This document shows positions 1-9,212 of a stretch of 14,497 nucleotides of DNA, piece by piece. Source of the DNA: Octopus sinensis (taxonomy: Eukaryota); the NCBI RefSeq assembly GCF_006345805.1, contig NW_021825824.1, positions 1 to 14,497 on the forward strand, read 5' to 3'. The notes beneath the pieces are model-generated. The model had not been told where the DNA came from, ran no database searches, and saw only the letters and a list, made by a program, of their open reading frames with translations. Each line of letters begins with the position of its first letter. The first letter of the stretch is position 1. A program made the translations under genes and the position numbers.

Positions 1-80
1 TATTTTGGGCTATAACTATCTAAAAATGCTTTATAGTTATTTCCCTTACAAACCAGAGCAACGCCGGGCGATACTATAGT
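1..80 (+). mobile_element. Possible 3' end of a non-autonomous Helitron-like element (truncated by the window start)
   Basis: Ends in CCAGAGCAACGCCGGGCGATACTATAGT, resembling the GCAACGC-hairpin...CTAGT 3' terminus of Helitrons, although both hairpin and CTAG are degenerate. Subterminal inverted repeat ATAACTAT (12-19) / ATAGTTAT (33-40). Followed directly by (TA)n. Confidence 0.35.
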
Positions 81-99
81 ATATATATATATATATATA
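80..99. repeat. (TA)n microsatellite
   Basis: Direct reading. Confidence 0.95.
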
Positions 100-100
100 G

Positions 101-293
101 TTAATCCAAACAAGAAACACCAAAAAAAAACCACAGCAACGTTAGGACGTGGAACAAATAAAGTATTATTTGACGCTCAGGAAGACGGGAAGAAGGAGGG
201 TTTAACGTTTCGAGCGGAGCTCATTGTCGGAAACAAAGGAAAAGGAAAGATCCCGAGAAGGAAAAAAAATTGCTGATGGTGCTCACGAGGTCA

Positions 294-296
<3 letters not shown>
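101..296 (-). mobile_element. Penelope-like retroelement terminal-repeat fragment embedded in (TA)n
   Basis: Flanked by (TA)n on both sides and carries a minimal type I hammerhead-like motif on the minus strand (200-234), a known hallmark of Penelope-like element pseudo-LTRs. No RT or GIY-YIG coding sequence is visible. Confidence 0.5.
200..234 (-). ncRNA. Degenerate minimal type I hammerhead ribozyme motif (probably inactive)
   Basis: Minus strand reads GTTT-CCGACAA-T-GAGC(TCC)GCTC-GAA-ACGT-T-AAAC: stem I GTTT/AAAC, core CCGACAA (consensus CUGANGA), stem II GAGC/GCTC, GAAA, palindromic ACGT stem III, cleavage triplet GUU. Confidence 0.6.

Positions 297-356
<60 letters not shown>
297..356. 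repeat. (TA)n microsatellite with one interruption
   Basis: Direct reading. Confidence 0.95.
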
Positions 357-357
<1 letters not shown>

Positions 358-437
358 ATTAAAAATGAGGGTGTCTAAAAGACACCAACATGCTATTTCG
401 GCATGTTGGTGTCTTTTAGACACCCTCATTTTTAATT
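357..437. repeat. Perfect inverted repeat: 37-bp arms, 7-nt loop, nested internal hairpins
   Basis: 357-393 AATTAAAAATGAGGGTGTCTAAAAGACACCAACATGC is the exact reverse complement of 401-437; loop TATTTCG (394-400). Confidence 0.97.
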
Positions 438-530
438 GTTAAAAATTTTCTTACCTTTGTAAGGTATTTCTTTCATGCTGGCCACTTGATAATTTCGACA
501 CTTAAATATCGATATTATCCTCATATATAA

Positions 531-533
<3 letters not shown>

Positions 534-564
<31 letters not shown>
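534..564. repeat. (TA)n microsatellite
   Basis: Direct reading. Confidence 0.95.
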
Positions 565-568
<4 letters not shown>

Positions 569-580
569 TGTATATGTAAT

Positions 581-1007
581 TCTTTTATTTTCTTACATGT
601 TTCAATCATTTGACTGCGGCTATGCTGGAGCATCGCCTTAAAGGGTTTTCGTCGGTCGATGAGATCGACCCTAAGACTTATTCTTTGTAAGCTTTGTACT
701 AATTCTATCGGTATCCTTTGCCGAAACGCAAAGTTACGAGGACATAAATACACCAACATCGGTTGTCAAGCTGTGGTCGTGGTGGTGGAGGAAACACAAA
801 CACACACGCATGAATATATATATATATTCGTCCGGCGTGCTACGATCGGCTTCTTTCGGTTTCCATCTACTAAATTCACTGATAATGCTAAAGTAGAAGA
901 CCCGAGACTATAGTAAAAGACATTTACCCAAGATGCCACGCAGTGAGACTGAACCCAGAGCCATATGGCTGGATAGCAACCGTTTTACCACACTGTCACG
1001 CCTGCGC
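581..1007 (-). mobile_element. tRNA-derived SINE, family C (CORE-like), full length, diverged
   Basis: Reverse complement aligns along its length with the + copies at 6021 and 9394 (head GGTAA...GGGTTCAGTC, TTGGGYAARTGTCTT, GAAGCC, internal microsatellite, TGCTCCAGCAT..CCGCAGTCAAATGA tail). Confidence 0.88.
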
Positions 1008-1112
1008 TTATATAAGTATACTCAGTCAAGCGTAGCGACCCCAGTGCCCATTACTTAAATTCTGGGATATCCAGCAACACCGGTTTTTAAACAGAGACAA
1101 CATCAAGCTCAG

Positions 1113-1156
1113 ACATGCAAAAATACACATATAAACATGCAAAAATACACATATAA
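1113..1156. repeat. Perfect 22-bp tandem duplication
   Basis: ACATGCAAAAATACACATATAA x2 (1113-1134, 1135-1156). Confidence 0.95.
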
Positions 1157-1190
1157 ACACACACAAATATGCATGTTTGTATTTGTGTGT

Positions 1191-1255
1191 GACAAGCTTC
1201 CGTACAGTTTCCGTCTACTAATTTCATGCAGAAGACGCTGGTTAGTCCGAGGCTG
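1191..1255 (-). mobile_element. Family C SINE internal fragment
   Basis: CAGTTTCCGTCTACTAA...GGTTAGTCCGAGGCT matches the reverse complement of the family C body. Confidence 0.65.
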
Positions 1256-1318
1256 CGCGAGCATCTAATGCATAGAACCACACTAGCGCTTATGCGTCTA
1301 CGCGCATACACATGTGCC

Positions 1319-1369
1319 GTACGTGCGCGCGCGTATGTGTGTGCGTGTGTGTGTGTGTGTGCACGCGCG
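1319..1369. repeat. Alternating purine-pyrimidine tract (GT/GC)
   Basis: GTACGTGCGCGCGCGTATGTGTGTGCGTG...GCACGCGCG. Confidence 0.9.
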
Positions 1370-1411
1370 GCTTCTGGATATAATGAAGCAATTACCAGTA
1401 TTTTATTAATT

Positions 1412-1617
1412 AAAGCAGCAAGGTGGCAGAATCGTTAGCACGCCGGGACGAAATGTTTAGCGGCACGTTCGGAGTTCAAATTCCACCGAGTTCGACTTTG
1501 CCTCTCATCTTTTCGGAGTCGATAAATTAAGTACCAGTTGCGCACTGGGGTCGATCTAATCGACTAGCCTGCTCCCCCAAAATTTCGAGCCTTGTGCCTA
1601 GAACAGAAAAGAATATT
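1412..1617 (+). mobile_element. tRNA-derived SINE, family K, short-tail type (small deletion in head)
   Basis: A-box-like TGGCAGAATCG, B-box-like GAGTTCAAATTCC, body GACTTTGCCT..., double hairpin, CCTTGTGCCTAG...AGAAAAGAATA tail. Confidence 0.9.
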
Positions 1618-1629
1618 TAAACGGAGCAT

Positions 1630-1837
1630 AAAGCAGCAAGCTGGCAAAATCGTTAACACGCCGAACGAAATGCCGCTAAGCATTTCGTCTGTCTTCATGT
1701 TCTGAGTTCAAATTCCACCGAGGTCGACTTTGCCTTTCATCCCTTTCGGCGTCAATAAAATAAGTACCAGTTGAGTAATAGGGTCGAAGTAATCGACTTA
1801 CCCGTTACCCCGATATTACTGGCCTTGTGCTAATATT
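1630..1837 (+). mobile_element. tRNA-derived SINE, family K, short-tail type, with inverted hairpin loop
   Basis: Same landmarks as the 1412 copy, which it follows in tandem; the loop at 1674-1679 is in the reverse orientation. Confidence 0.9.
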
Positions 1838-2032
1838 TAAACCAATATTTCAACAGTGCTTAATGGATGTAGCATTCTGTATATAGCGTAGGACCCCCAA
1901 AGTGCAGTGAGTGTTACTGGTAAAAGAAACGTTGCCATTGTCGTTATTTTATGCTTGGGAATTCTTGAATATAACCGAGTAAAATTCAATACATTAATAC
2001 ATGTAATATATATACTGTGTTGTTTGTGGCCC

Positions 2033-2326
2033 ACGCGAGTCATGCCTGGCTCATAGGGGCTAGTTTCTTGGCTTCATAGGCGTATAGGTTCCACACTTAG
2101 ACGAGAGGCCGGTCCATCGCAGATGAGCTGCTAGATGCAGGAAGAAAGAGTGAGAGAAAGTTGTGGTGAAAGAGTCAGCAGAAGTTTGTCATTATCTTCT
2201 GCCGGAGCCGCGTGGGAACTTAGGTATTTCGCTCATAAACACACACATCAACCGACTTGAGATTCGAACCCACGATCCTTCGATCGTGAGTCCGCTGCTC
2301 TAACCACTAGGCCATATGCCTCCACA
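2033..2326 (-). mobile_element. tRNA-derived SINE, third family (possibly MetaSINE-like)
   Basis: Minus strand has A box TGGCCTAGTGG (2314-2304) and B box GGTTCGAATCT (2270-2260), followed by a non-tRNA body including CTGCGATGGACCGGC...TATGAGCCAGGCATGACTCG. No complete cloverleaf, so a SINE rather than a tRNA gene. Confidence 0.8.
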
Positions 2327-2658
2327 AAGTATAGTAAGCACAAACATACATACGAACATTCATACAAACTAAATCTCTCACAGTTTTTAGTTTCGTTTCT
2401 CTGAGTTCAAAACCTACTTCAGAAAATGTTCGTCTCCATTCCGATAAGATCGATAAAATAATTATGGTAATATATTAAAGTTGATGCAACCCTCTGTAAT
2501 CCTCTTTTATAATAAGATAATTTCCTTGCATCTAATTGAAAAGGAATTTACGCATAAATCTTGGACACAGTCATAAATGAACTCACACATACACACCAAT
2601 GTACGTATGCATTCATACACCCCTTTATACAACCATACCCTATATATGTATGTATATA

Positions 2659-2770
2659 TATATATTGTATATGTTCATCCATTCTTTTATTGATTTTAGT
2701 CATTGGACTGCAGCCATGCTGTGGCATCAAATTCAAGACTTTAGCTGATCATATCGACTCCAGCACTAGG
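2659..2770 (-). mobile_element. Family C SINE 3' fragment, diverged
   Basis: TTCTTTTATTG...AGTCATTGGACTGCAGCCATGCTG...ATCGACTCCAG matches the reverse complement of the family C tail. Confidence 0.7.
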
Positions 2771-3049
2771 TCTGTTTGGCAGACACTTTATTGATCTCTA
2801 TTTGGCGAATATAACTATGTATGTATGCATACTGCGTATACCTCTCTCTCTCTCTCTCTATCTATTAATTTGTTAATATGTCTGTATGTTTATATTTGCA
2901 AGGCGATTAGACTAGTGTGGAAGACACATCAATTACTGATTCTAACATCAGTTCAGTTGCCGTGGTATTATCACAGGACACCTTAATGACATGTCTATAG
3001 CAAGGAAGTGTGGTCACTTTCAGCACAGACCCTCATTTCCCCACTCGCT

Positions 3050-3120
3050 TTTTCGCATCCTTCTCTTATATTTCCTTTTATTGTCTCTCTCTTTCCCTAT
3101 GCCTCTGTGTATCTAACTAC

Positions 3121-3155
<35 letters not shown>

Positions 3156-3355
3156 TTCAACACTTATGTTTTTATATCGTAAATTATTTATTCTCGCTAC
3201 ATCTCTCTCTCTCTTTTCTTTCAGTCTTTCTCCTGTTTCTTCTTTCTTTCTTTCTTTCTTCATCTCACATTTCTTCTCTACTTCCATGATTATTTTAAAC
3301 AACACGTCTAACTCAAAAGAAGTCTGGACCTCCTTACCACCTCATTCTCTTTTTC
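3050..3355. repeat. Pyrimidine-rich low-complexity tract with (CT)n
   Basis: Direct reading. Confidence 0.85.
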
Positions 3356-3760
3356 TTGCACCCCACACATGCATACACTCACACACAACACACACACACA
3401 CACACACACACGCTCACGCACTGGGTGACACACATACACGCGCACACACAAACACACATACAAACACACAGGGCAGCACACACATACACACACGCTCACA
3501 CACGAGCACACGCACGCATACACCAACGCACACATTCACACGCATGCGCATGCACACACACATATGTGAGCCTGCATGTTCACGGTAAGACACTCAGACA
3601 CTTTGCTCGGCTATCTTCATCAATTTATGAAGAAATCAATAGAAATACACACGCACGCACGCACACGCACGCACGCACACTCACACACATCACACATACA
3701 CAGATCGTGTGTGTAGACGCCACACAGACACATTCACGGTCATACACGCAATCTTTCATG
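3356..3760. repeat. Long cryptic (CA)n / (CACG)n microsatellite
   Basis: Direct reading; short unique interruption at about 3575-3645. Confidence 0.9.
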
Positions 3761-3819
3761 CATGCGTGCTTCCTTTCCAAACATGGAACCGGGTTATAGC
3801 AGCTGAGTTGTGCGTAAGT

Positions 3820-3859
3820 CGTGTGTGTGTGTGTTTAAGTGTGTTCGTGCGAGAGAGCG

Positions 3860-3892
<33 letters not shown>

Positions 3893-4164
3893 CAGAGAAA
3901 GAGAGAGAGAGACAGAGAGAGATGGAGAGAGATGGAGAAAAGACTGGGAGACAGGGTGAGAGGAAATGACAAACAGATAAATAGAAAACATAAATAGACA
4001 GACGAATAATGAGAGAGTGAATGCAGAAGGGAAGAGAGAAATCAGTTATTTCTGAGAAAGATATACAGAGATAGAAACAAAAGCTGATAGATTGATAGGC
4101 AAACAGAGGGACTGACAGACAGATGGATAGAGAAATAGATAGAGAGACAGAGAGAAAGATAGAT

Positions 4165-4199
<35 letters not shown>

Positions 4200-4210
4200 T
4201 AGATAGATAG
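3820..4210. repeat. (GT)n, (GA)n then (GATA)n compound microsatellite
   Basis: Direct reading. Confidence 0.9.
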
Positions 4211-4286
4211 ATATGTTTCTTTATTAGCCACACAGGGCTGCACACAGATAGAACAAATTACAAGGTAGAGCTTTTCTTTTGAAGGT
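4211..4286 (-). mobile_element. 76-bp GATA-embedded element (probable LINE/SINE 3' end), copy 1
   Basis: Reverse complement is 73/76 identical to 13861-13936; ends AATAAAGAAACAT then an (ATCT)n tail. Strand assigned from the tail and from homology to the family K 3' tail. Confidence 0.75.
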
Positions 4287-4790
<504 letters not shown>

Positions 4791-5373
4791 ATAACTAGAC
4801 GGATATATAGATAAATAACTGAATAGATCGATAAACTGAAAGTGAAAAACAAAACAAAAAGGAAAGAAAATACATAAAAGAAGAGAAAAATAGACAATGT
4901 TGGTAACACAAAATGATTAAACTAGAGGGTGTGGTGGGGTGAAGAAGGAAAGAAAAAGGTGAAGGAATATTCAGACGAGAGGCAGACAGTGCGCCAGTCA
5001 GATAGACAGACAGACGAGGAATAAAGAAAAAAAAATGCAGAAGAAATATCAAAAGAAGGAAAGAAAAGACGAATTATTGGACGAAATAAAGAAAGATTTG
5101 AACAGGAAATTTGTTATTTAGACAGGAACAGTACAGTATTTTTTTCCTTAGGACATGAAGAGTTTATGTGAATTTGGGGCGTTCATGAATTTTGTCTTCT
5201 CCAAAGAACAAAGCAAAAAAGATTGATAAAAAAACACACGGTTCGATCATAATGAAGGCTGCCCGAGAGAATCTAAGACTAAATATTGGGGCGACAGTGA
5301 CATCGAAGTTCCGGTTAGTTAGACTTCGGTTTGACGTTAAATAGTTTTTATTATAACTTGATGTGAAAATAAG

Positions 5374-5440
5374 CACACACACACACACACATACACACAC
5401 ACACACACATACACACACACACACACATACACACACACAT
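5374..5440. repeat. (CA)n microsatellite
   Basis: Direct reading. Confidence 0.95.
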
Positions 5441-5662
5441 GAAACAAAGAATTAGTTATTTGGATTAAGAGAAAAAGGTTTGGTTCTTAGTTCAATCTGT
5501 TCTTAGTTCAACCATACATATTGTAGTACACTTTTGATACGTTACTAAATTATCATAATAGTATAATAGTTACAAAATTGCAAAATGGTTACAACAGCGA
5601 ATTGAAAACCTGTCCCGTCAGAGACTCAGCTCTCGGAAAAATTGTTCTCTATGACACTCGAT

Positions 5663-5860
5663 AATTTTGGTACAAGGCCAACATGTCTGTAGGAGTGGAT
5701 AAATAAATTACATCGACCCCAGTCTTCAGCTAGTACTTATTTTATCGACCACAAAAGGATGAAAACCAAATTCGACCTCGGTGGAATTTGAACTCAAAAC
5801 GTATAGACGGACAAAATGCCGCTAGGAATTTTCCCTGGTCTGCTGCCAGGTCGCCGCCCT
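5663..5860 (-). mobile_element. Family K SINE, short-tail type, diverged
   Basis: GGTACAAGGCC...ATCGACCCCAG...TCGACCTCGGTGGAATTTGAACTC...CCAGGTCGCCGCC. Confidence 0.88.
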
Positions 5861-5904
5861 TAACACTAAATAATAATAATGATTTTTTACACTGATTAAA
5901 AAAA

Positions 5905-6010
5905 ACCCCCACAGATTAATCAAGGAACAGTATCGTAGATTAATTAACCTTCTTTCGTTGACCTAAAAGACATAAGCAAACTTACTCACAGTGGGATTTG
6001 AACTCAAATA
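5905..6010 (-). mobile_element. Highly diverged family K SINE fragment
   Basis: TTGACCTAAAAG...GGATTTGAACTCA resembles the family K body and B box in reverse. Confidence 0.45.
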
Positions 6011-6020
6011 ATTAATAAAT

Positions 6021-6173
6021 GTGGCTGTGTGGTAAGTAGCTTGCTTACCAACCACATGGTTCCGGGTTCAGTCCAACTGCGTGGCATTTTGGGCAAGTGT
6101 CTTCTGCTATAGCCCCGGGCTGACCAATGCCTTGTGAGTGGATTTGGTAAACGGAAACTGAAAGAAGCCCGTC

Positions 6174-6212
<39 letters not shown>

Positions 6213-6425
6213 TATATGTTTTTGTGTATCTGTGTTTGTCACACCCCACCATCGCTTGATGTTGGTGTGTTTAGGTCACCGTAACTTCGCGGTTCGGCAA
6301 AAGTGACCGATAGAATAAGTGCTAGGTTTACAAAGAATAAGTCCTGGGGCTCGATTTGTTCGACTAAAGGCTGTGCTCCAGCTTGGACGCGGTCAAATGA
6401 CAGAAAAAAATATAAGAATAAAAGA
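6021..6425 (+). mobile_element. tRNA-derived SINE, family C (CORE-like), near full length
   Basis: A-box-like TGGCTGTGTGG, B-box-like GGTTCAGTCC, head hairpin GGTAAGTA-GCT-TGCTTACC, TTGGGCAAGT motif reminiscent of the CORE domain, internal (TA)n at about 6175-6210; colinear with 9394-9803. Confidence 0.92.
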
Positions 6426-6563
6426 ATATCTCCCTCGAGTCCTATGTTGCAAGGTCGGTCCTTTATTACATGCTTTAATACGCTAAAACCATTTTTTCTT
6501 GAATGTGTACCGTTGAAATTGGAAAAGAAGTGTCCAAAAACCGGGTACAGTCGATTATACGAG

Positions 6564-6569
6564 TGTGTG

Positions 6570-6637
<68 letters not shown>

Positions 6638-6650
6638 TGAGAGAGAGATG
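6564..6650. repeat. (TA)n(TG)n(GA)n compound microsatellite
   Basis: Direct reading. Confidence 0.95.
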
Positions 6651-6846
6651 AAAACTGGGGATAATGTGGCATTGAGAAGAAGAAAGAATAAAAAAGAAAC
6701 TGGGTGAGAGAGTAAGCAGACAAATAGAATTTCTTTTCGATACCAAAAGTTGAATGACGTAGTTAACCTCCAGAACGTAAATGGATGCGGCTAAATATCA
6801 GAACAGAGTCGATAAGCCAAGGTTGACTTTTAATAAAAATAATAAT

Positions 6847-7048
6847 TATTCTTTTCTACTCTAGGTACAAGGCCCGAAATTTTTGGGGAGAGGGGGCCAG
6901 TCGATTAAATCGACCCCAGTACACAACTGGTACTTAATTTATCGACTTCGAAAGGATGAAACGCAAAGTCAACCACGGCGGAATTTGAACTTAGAACGTA
7001 ACGGCAGACGAAGTACTGCTAAGCATCGCCCGGCGTGCTAACGTTTCT
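6847..7048 (-). mobile_element. Family K SINE, short-tail type (unit A), lacking the first ~15 nt of the head
   Basis: Ends ...GCTAACGTTTCT and is fused directly to the tail of unit B. Confidence 0.9.
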
Positions 7049-7281
7049 TATTTCTTTACTGCCCACAAGGGGCTAAACACAGAGGGGACAAACAAGGACA
7101 GACAAACTGATTAAGTCGATTACATCGACCCCAGTGCGTATCTGGTACTTATTTAATCGACCCCGGAAAGATGAAAGGCAAAGTCGACCTCGGCGGAATT
7201 TGAACTCAGAAAGTAGCGGCAGACGAAATACCGCTTAGTATTTCGCCCGGCATGCTAACGTTTCTGCTAGCTCACCGCCTT
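7049..7281 (-). mobile_element. Family K SINE, long-tail type (unit B: 184-bp unit plus head)
   Basis: TATTTCTTTAC...GGGGCTAAACACAGAGGGGAC...GAAATACC (7049-7232) followed by the head to CTCACCGCCT. Confidence 0.93.
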
Positions 7282-7425
7282 AATCGATTAATTATATCGG
7301 CCCACCAGTACTTAACTGTTACTTTATTTTATCGAACTTAGAGGGATGAAACGCAGAGTTGACATCAAGGGGATTTGAACAAGAACGTAATGAGTCGGAA
7401 GACCACGGGTCACATTCGCCCACAG
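7282..7425 (-). mobile_element. Diverged family K SINE fragment
   Basis: TTTTATCGAAC...GGATGAAACGCAGAGTTGAC...GGATTTGAAC-AGAACGTAA. Confidence 0.65.
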
Positions 7426-7476
7426 CAAAAGGTCCTCTCTAAATAGAATAATAGAACAAATATTAGTCTGAATGCC

Positions 7477-7896
7477 TATTTCTTTACTATCCACAAGGGG
7501 CTAAACACAGAGGGGACAAACAAGGACAGACAAACGGATTAAGTCGATAATGTCGACCCCAATGCGTAAGTGGTACTTATTTAATCGACCTAGAAAGGAT
7601 GAAAGGCAAAGTCGACCTCGGCGGAATTTGAACTCAGAACATAACGGCAGACGAAATACCTATTTCTTTATTACCCACAAGGGGCTAAACACAGAGGGGA
7701 CAAACAAGGACAGACATAGGTATTAAGTCGATTATATCGACCCCAGTGCGTAACTGGTACTTAATTTATCGACCCCGAAAGGATGAAAGGCAAAGTCGAC
7801 CTCGGCGGAATTTGAACTCAGAACATAACGGCAGACGAAATACCGCTTAGCATTTTGCCTGGCGTGCTAACGTTTCTGCCATCTCGCCGCCTTCAA
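7477..7896 (-). mobile_element. Family K SINE dimer (array C: 2 x 184 bp plus one head) with 13-bp TSD
   Basis: Units 7477-7660 and 7661-7844, head 7845-7893; flanked by TAGTCTGAATGCC (7464-7476) and TAGCCTGAATGCC (7897-7909). Confidence 0.93.
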
Positions 7897-8403
7897 TAGC
7901 CTGAATGCCGTTTGTTGAAACACCCCAATATATAAAGGCTAGCGTCGCATTCTACGCATTGTTATGAAACGTTTTTCTTGCAGAAGGCACAATAAGAAAA
8001 AGCAGTAATTCACGCTATTTACATAATTGTTATGATGCATCATGAACATAAAAATACTAAGTTTTCAATCCACGAAAGTCTACCTATGAAATTCATTTTC
8101 TAATACGCACAATAAATGGAATATAGGAAGTCCTTATGACCTTGGTTCTTGTTTAAGACCGAACTTTCAGAGTAAGCTGTATCTGAACAAAATCTCTTTA
8201 CAAGATTTACTCAACTTTATAGGACAATTAAAACAGTCACGATTACTACTCATCTAAAAATATATCTTGAATTTTAAAAAATCGGTGTAATTACGTATGT
8301 GCTTGTCTTCAAGATTTTCACCCAATACTGAATGTTGAGATATTCAAAAGACACTTATGATTAATTAAATACATCTCTGAAAAATACAATTGCTGGTTAA
8401 ATA

Positions 8404-8606
8404 TTAATTTCAAATTTCGTGGGAGGGAGTAAGCCGACTGACTACATCAACCCTAGTGTTCAGCTGGCACTTATTTTATTGACCCTGAAGCGATGAAAGG
8501 CAGAGTCATTCTTGGCTGAATTTGAACTTAGAATGTGAAGACAGACGAAATGCCGCTAAGCATTTCGCCCGGTGTACTAACGATTCTGCCAGCTCGCCGC
8601 TCCTAC
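8404..8606 (-). mobile_element. Family K SINE, short-tail type, with 14-bp TSD
   Basis: Complete head (CGAAATGCCGCTAAGCATTTCG...CCAGCTCGCCGC); flanked by TTGCTGGTTAAATA (8390-8403) and TTGCTGGTCAAATA (8607-8620). Confidence 0.9.
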
Positions 8607-8620
8607 TTGCTGGTCAAATA

Positions 8621-9212
8621 ATCCTTTCTATTATAGGCACAAGGCCTGGAATTTAGGGGAGGGGGCCTAGTCGCTTACATCGAACCCAGGGTTTCACTGG
8701 TACTTATTTAATCAACCCCGAAAGAATGAACGGCAAAGTCAACATCGGCGGAAGTTGAACTCAGAACGTAATGACAGATGGAATACCTATTTCTATTTCT
8801 TTACTAACCACAATGGGCTAAACATAGAGGAGACAAACAAAGACAGACAAACGGATTAAGTCGATTATATCGACTCCAGTGCGTAACTGGTACTTAATTT
8901 ATCGACCCCGAAAGGGTGAAAGGCAAAGTCGACCTCGGCGGAATTTGAACTCACAACGTAACGTCAGACGAAATACCTATTTCTTTACTACCCACAAGGG
9001 GCTAAACACAGAGAGGACAAACAAGGACAGATAAATGGATTAAGTCGATTATATCGACTCCAGTGTGTTACTGGTACTTATTTAATCGACCCCGAAAAGA
9101 TGAAAGGCAAAGTCGACCTCGGGGGAATTTGAACTCAGAACGTAACGGCAGACGAAATACCGCTAAGCATTTCGCCCAGTGTGCTAACGTTTCTGCCAGA
9201 TCGCTGCTTTAA
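8621..9212 (-). mobile_element. Family K SINE trimer (array D) with perfect 12-bp TSD
   Basis: Short-tail unit 8621-8787, long-tail units 8788-8977 (190 bp, TATTTC duplicated) and 8978-9161 (184 bp), head to about 9210; flanked by GCTGGTCAAATA at 8609-8620 and 9213-9224. Confidence 0.93.

Noticed and set aside
385-405. ATGCC-GAAA-TAGC on the minus strand as half of a second hammerhead
   Set aside because: No matching CUGANGA 5' half with a compatible stem II is present in this copy.
1837-2043. 68-aa minus-strand ORF with a hydrophobic stretch
   Set aside because: It starts inside a SINE end, has no recognisable homology or clear splice signals, and its length is within chance expectation.
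2255-2326. Functional tRNA gene
   Set aside because: A and B boxes are present, but no complete acceptor stem or terminator, and the sequence runs on into a SINE body.
2893-3040. Unique segment with open frames and possible splice sites on both strands
   Set aside because: No recognisable peptide, and the sites are weak and mutually incompatible.
3008-4245. Long ORFs (up to 192 aa) on both strands
   Set aside because: They translate microsatellites (HT, SL, ER, CV, YLSI repeats) that simply lack stop codons.
5138-5226. Acceptor-like TTTTTTCCTTAG followed by GHEEFM* or DMKSLCEF...KKD*
   Set aside because: Short, with no supporting upstream exon. The HEEF resemblance to a Cab45-type C-terminus fails because a Met follows.
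5483-5511. 13-bp direct repeat GTTCTTAGTTCAA (period 16); also a 10-bp tandem at 9822-9843
   Set aside because: Ordinary slippage duplications.
7477-7660. Hammerhead ribozyme in the 184-bp unit (retrozyme hypothesis)
   Set aside because: No CUGANGA/GAAA core with compatible stems was found on either strand by eye; other ribozyme classes were not excluded.
7049-9212. CRISPR-like regular repeats
   Set aside because: The units are contiguous 184-bp SINE bodies with no unique spacers, the context is eukaryotic, and no cas genes are present.
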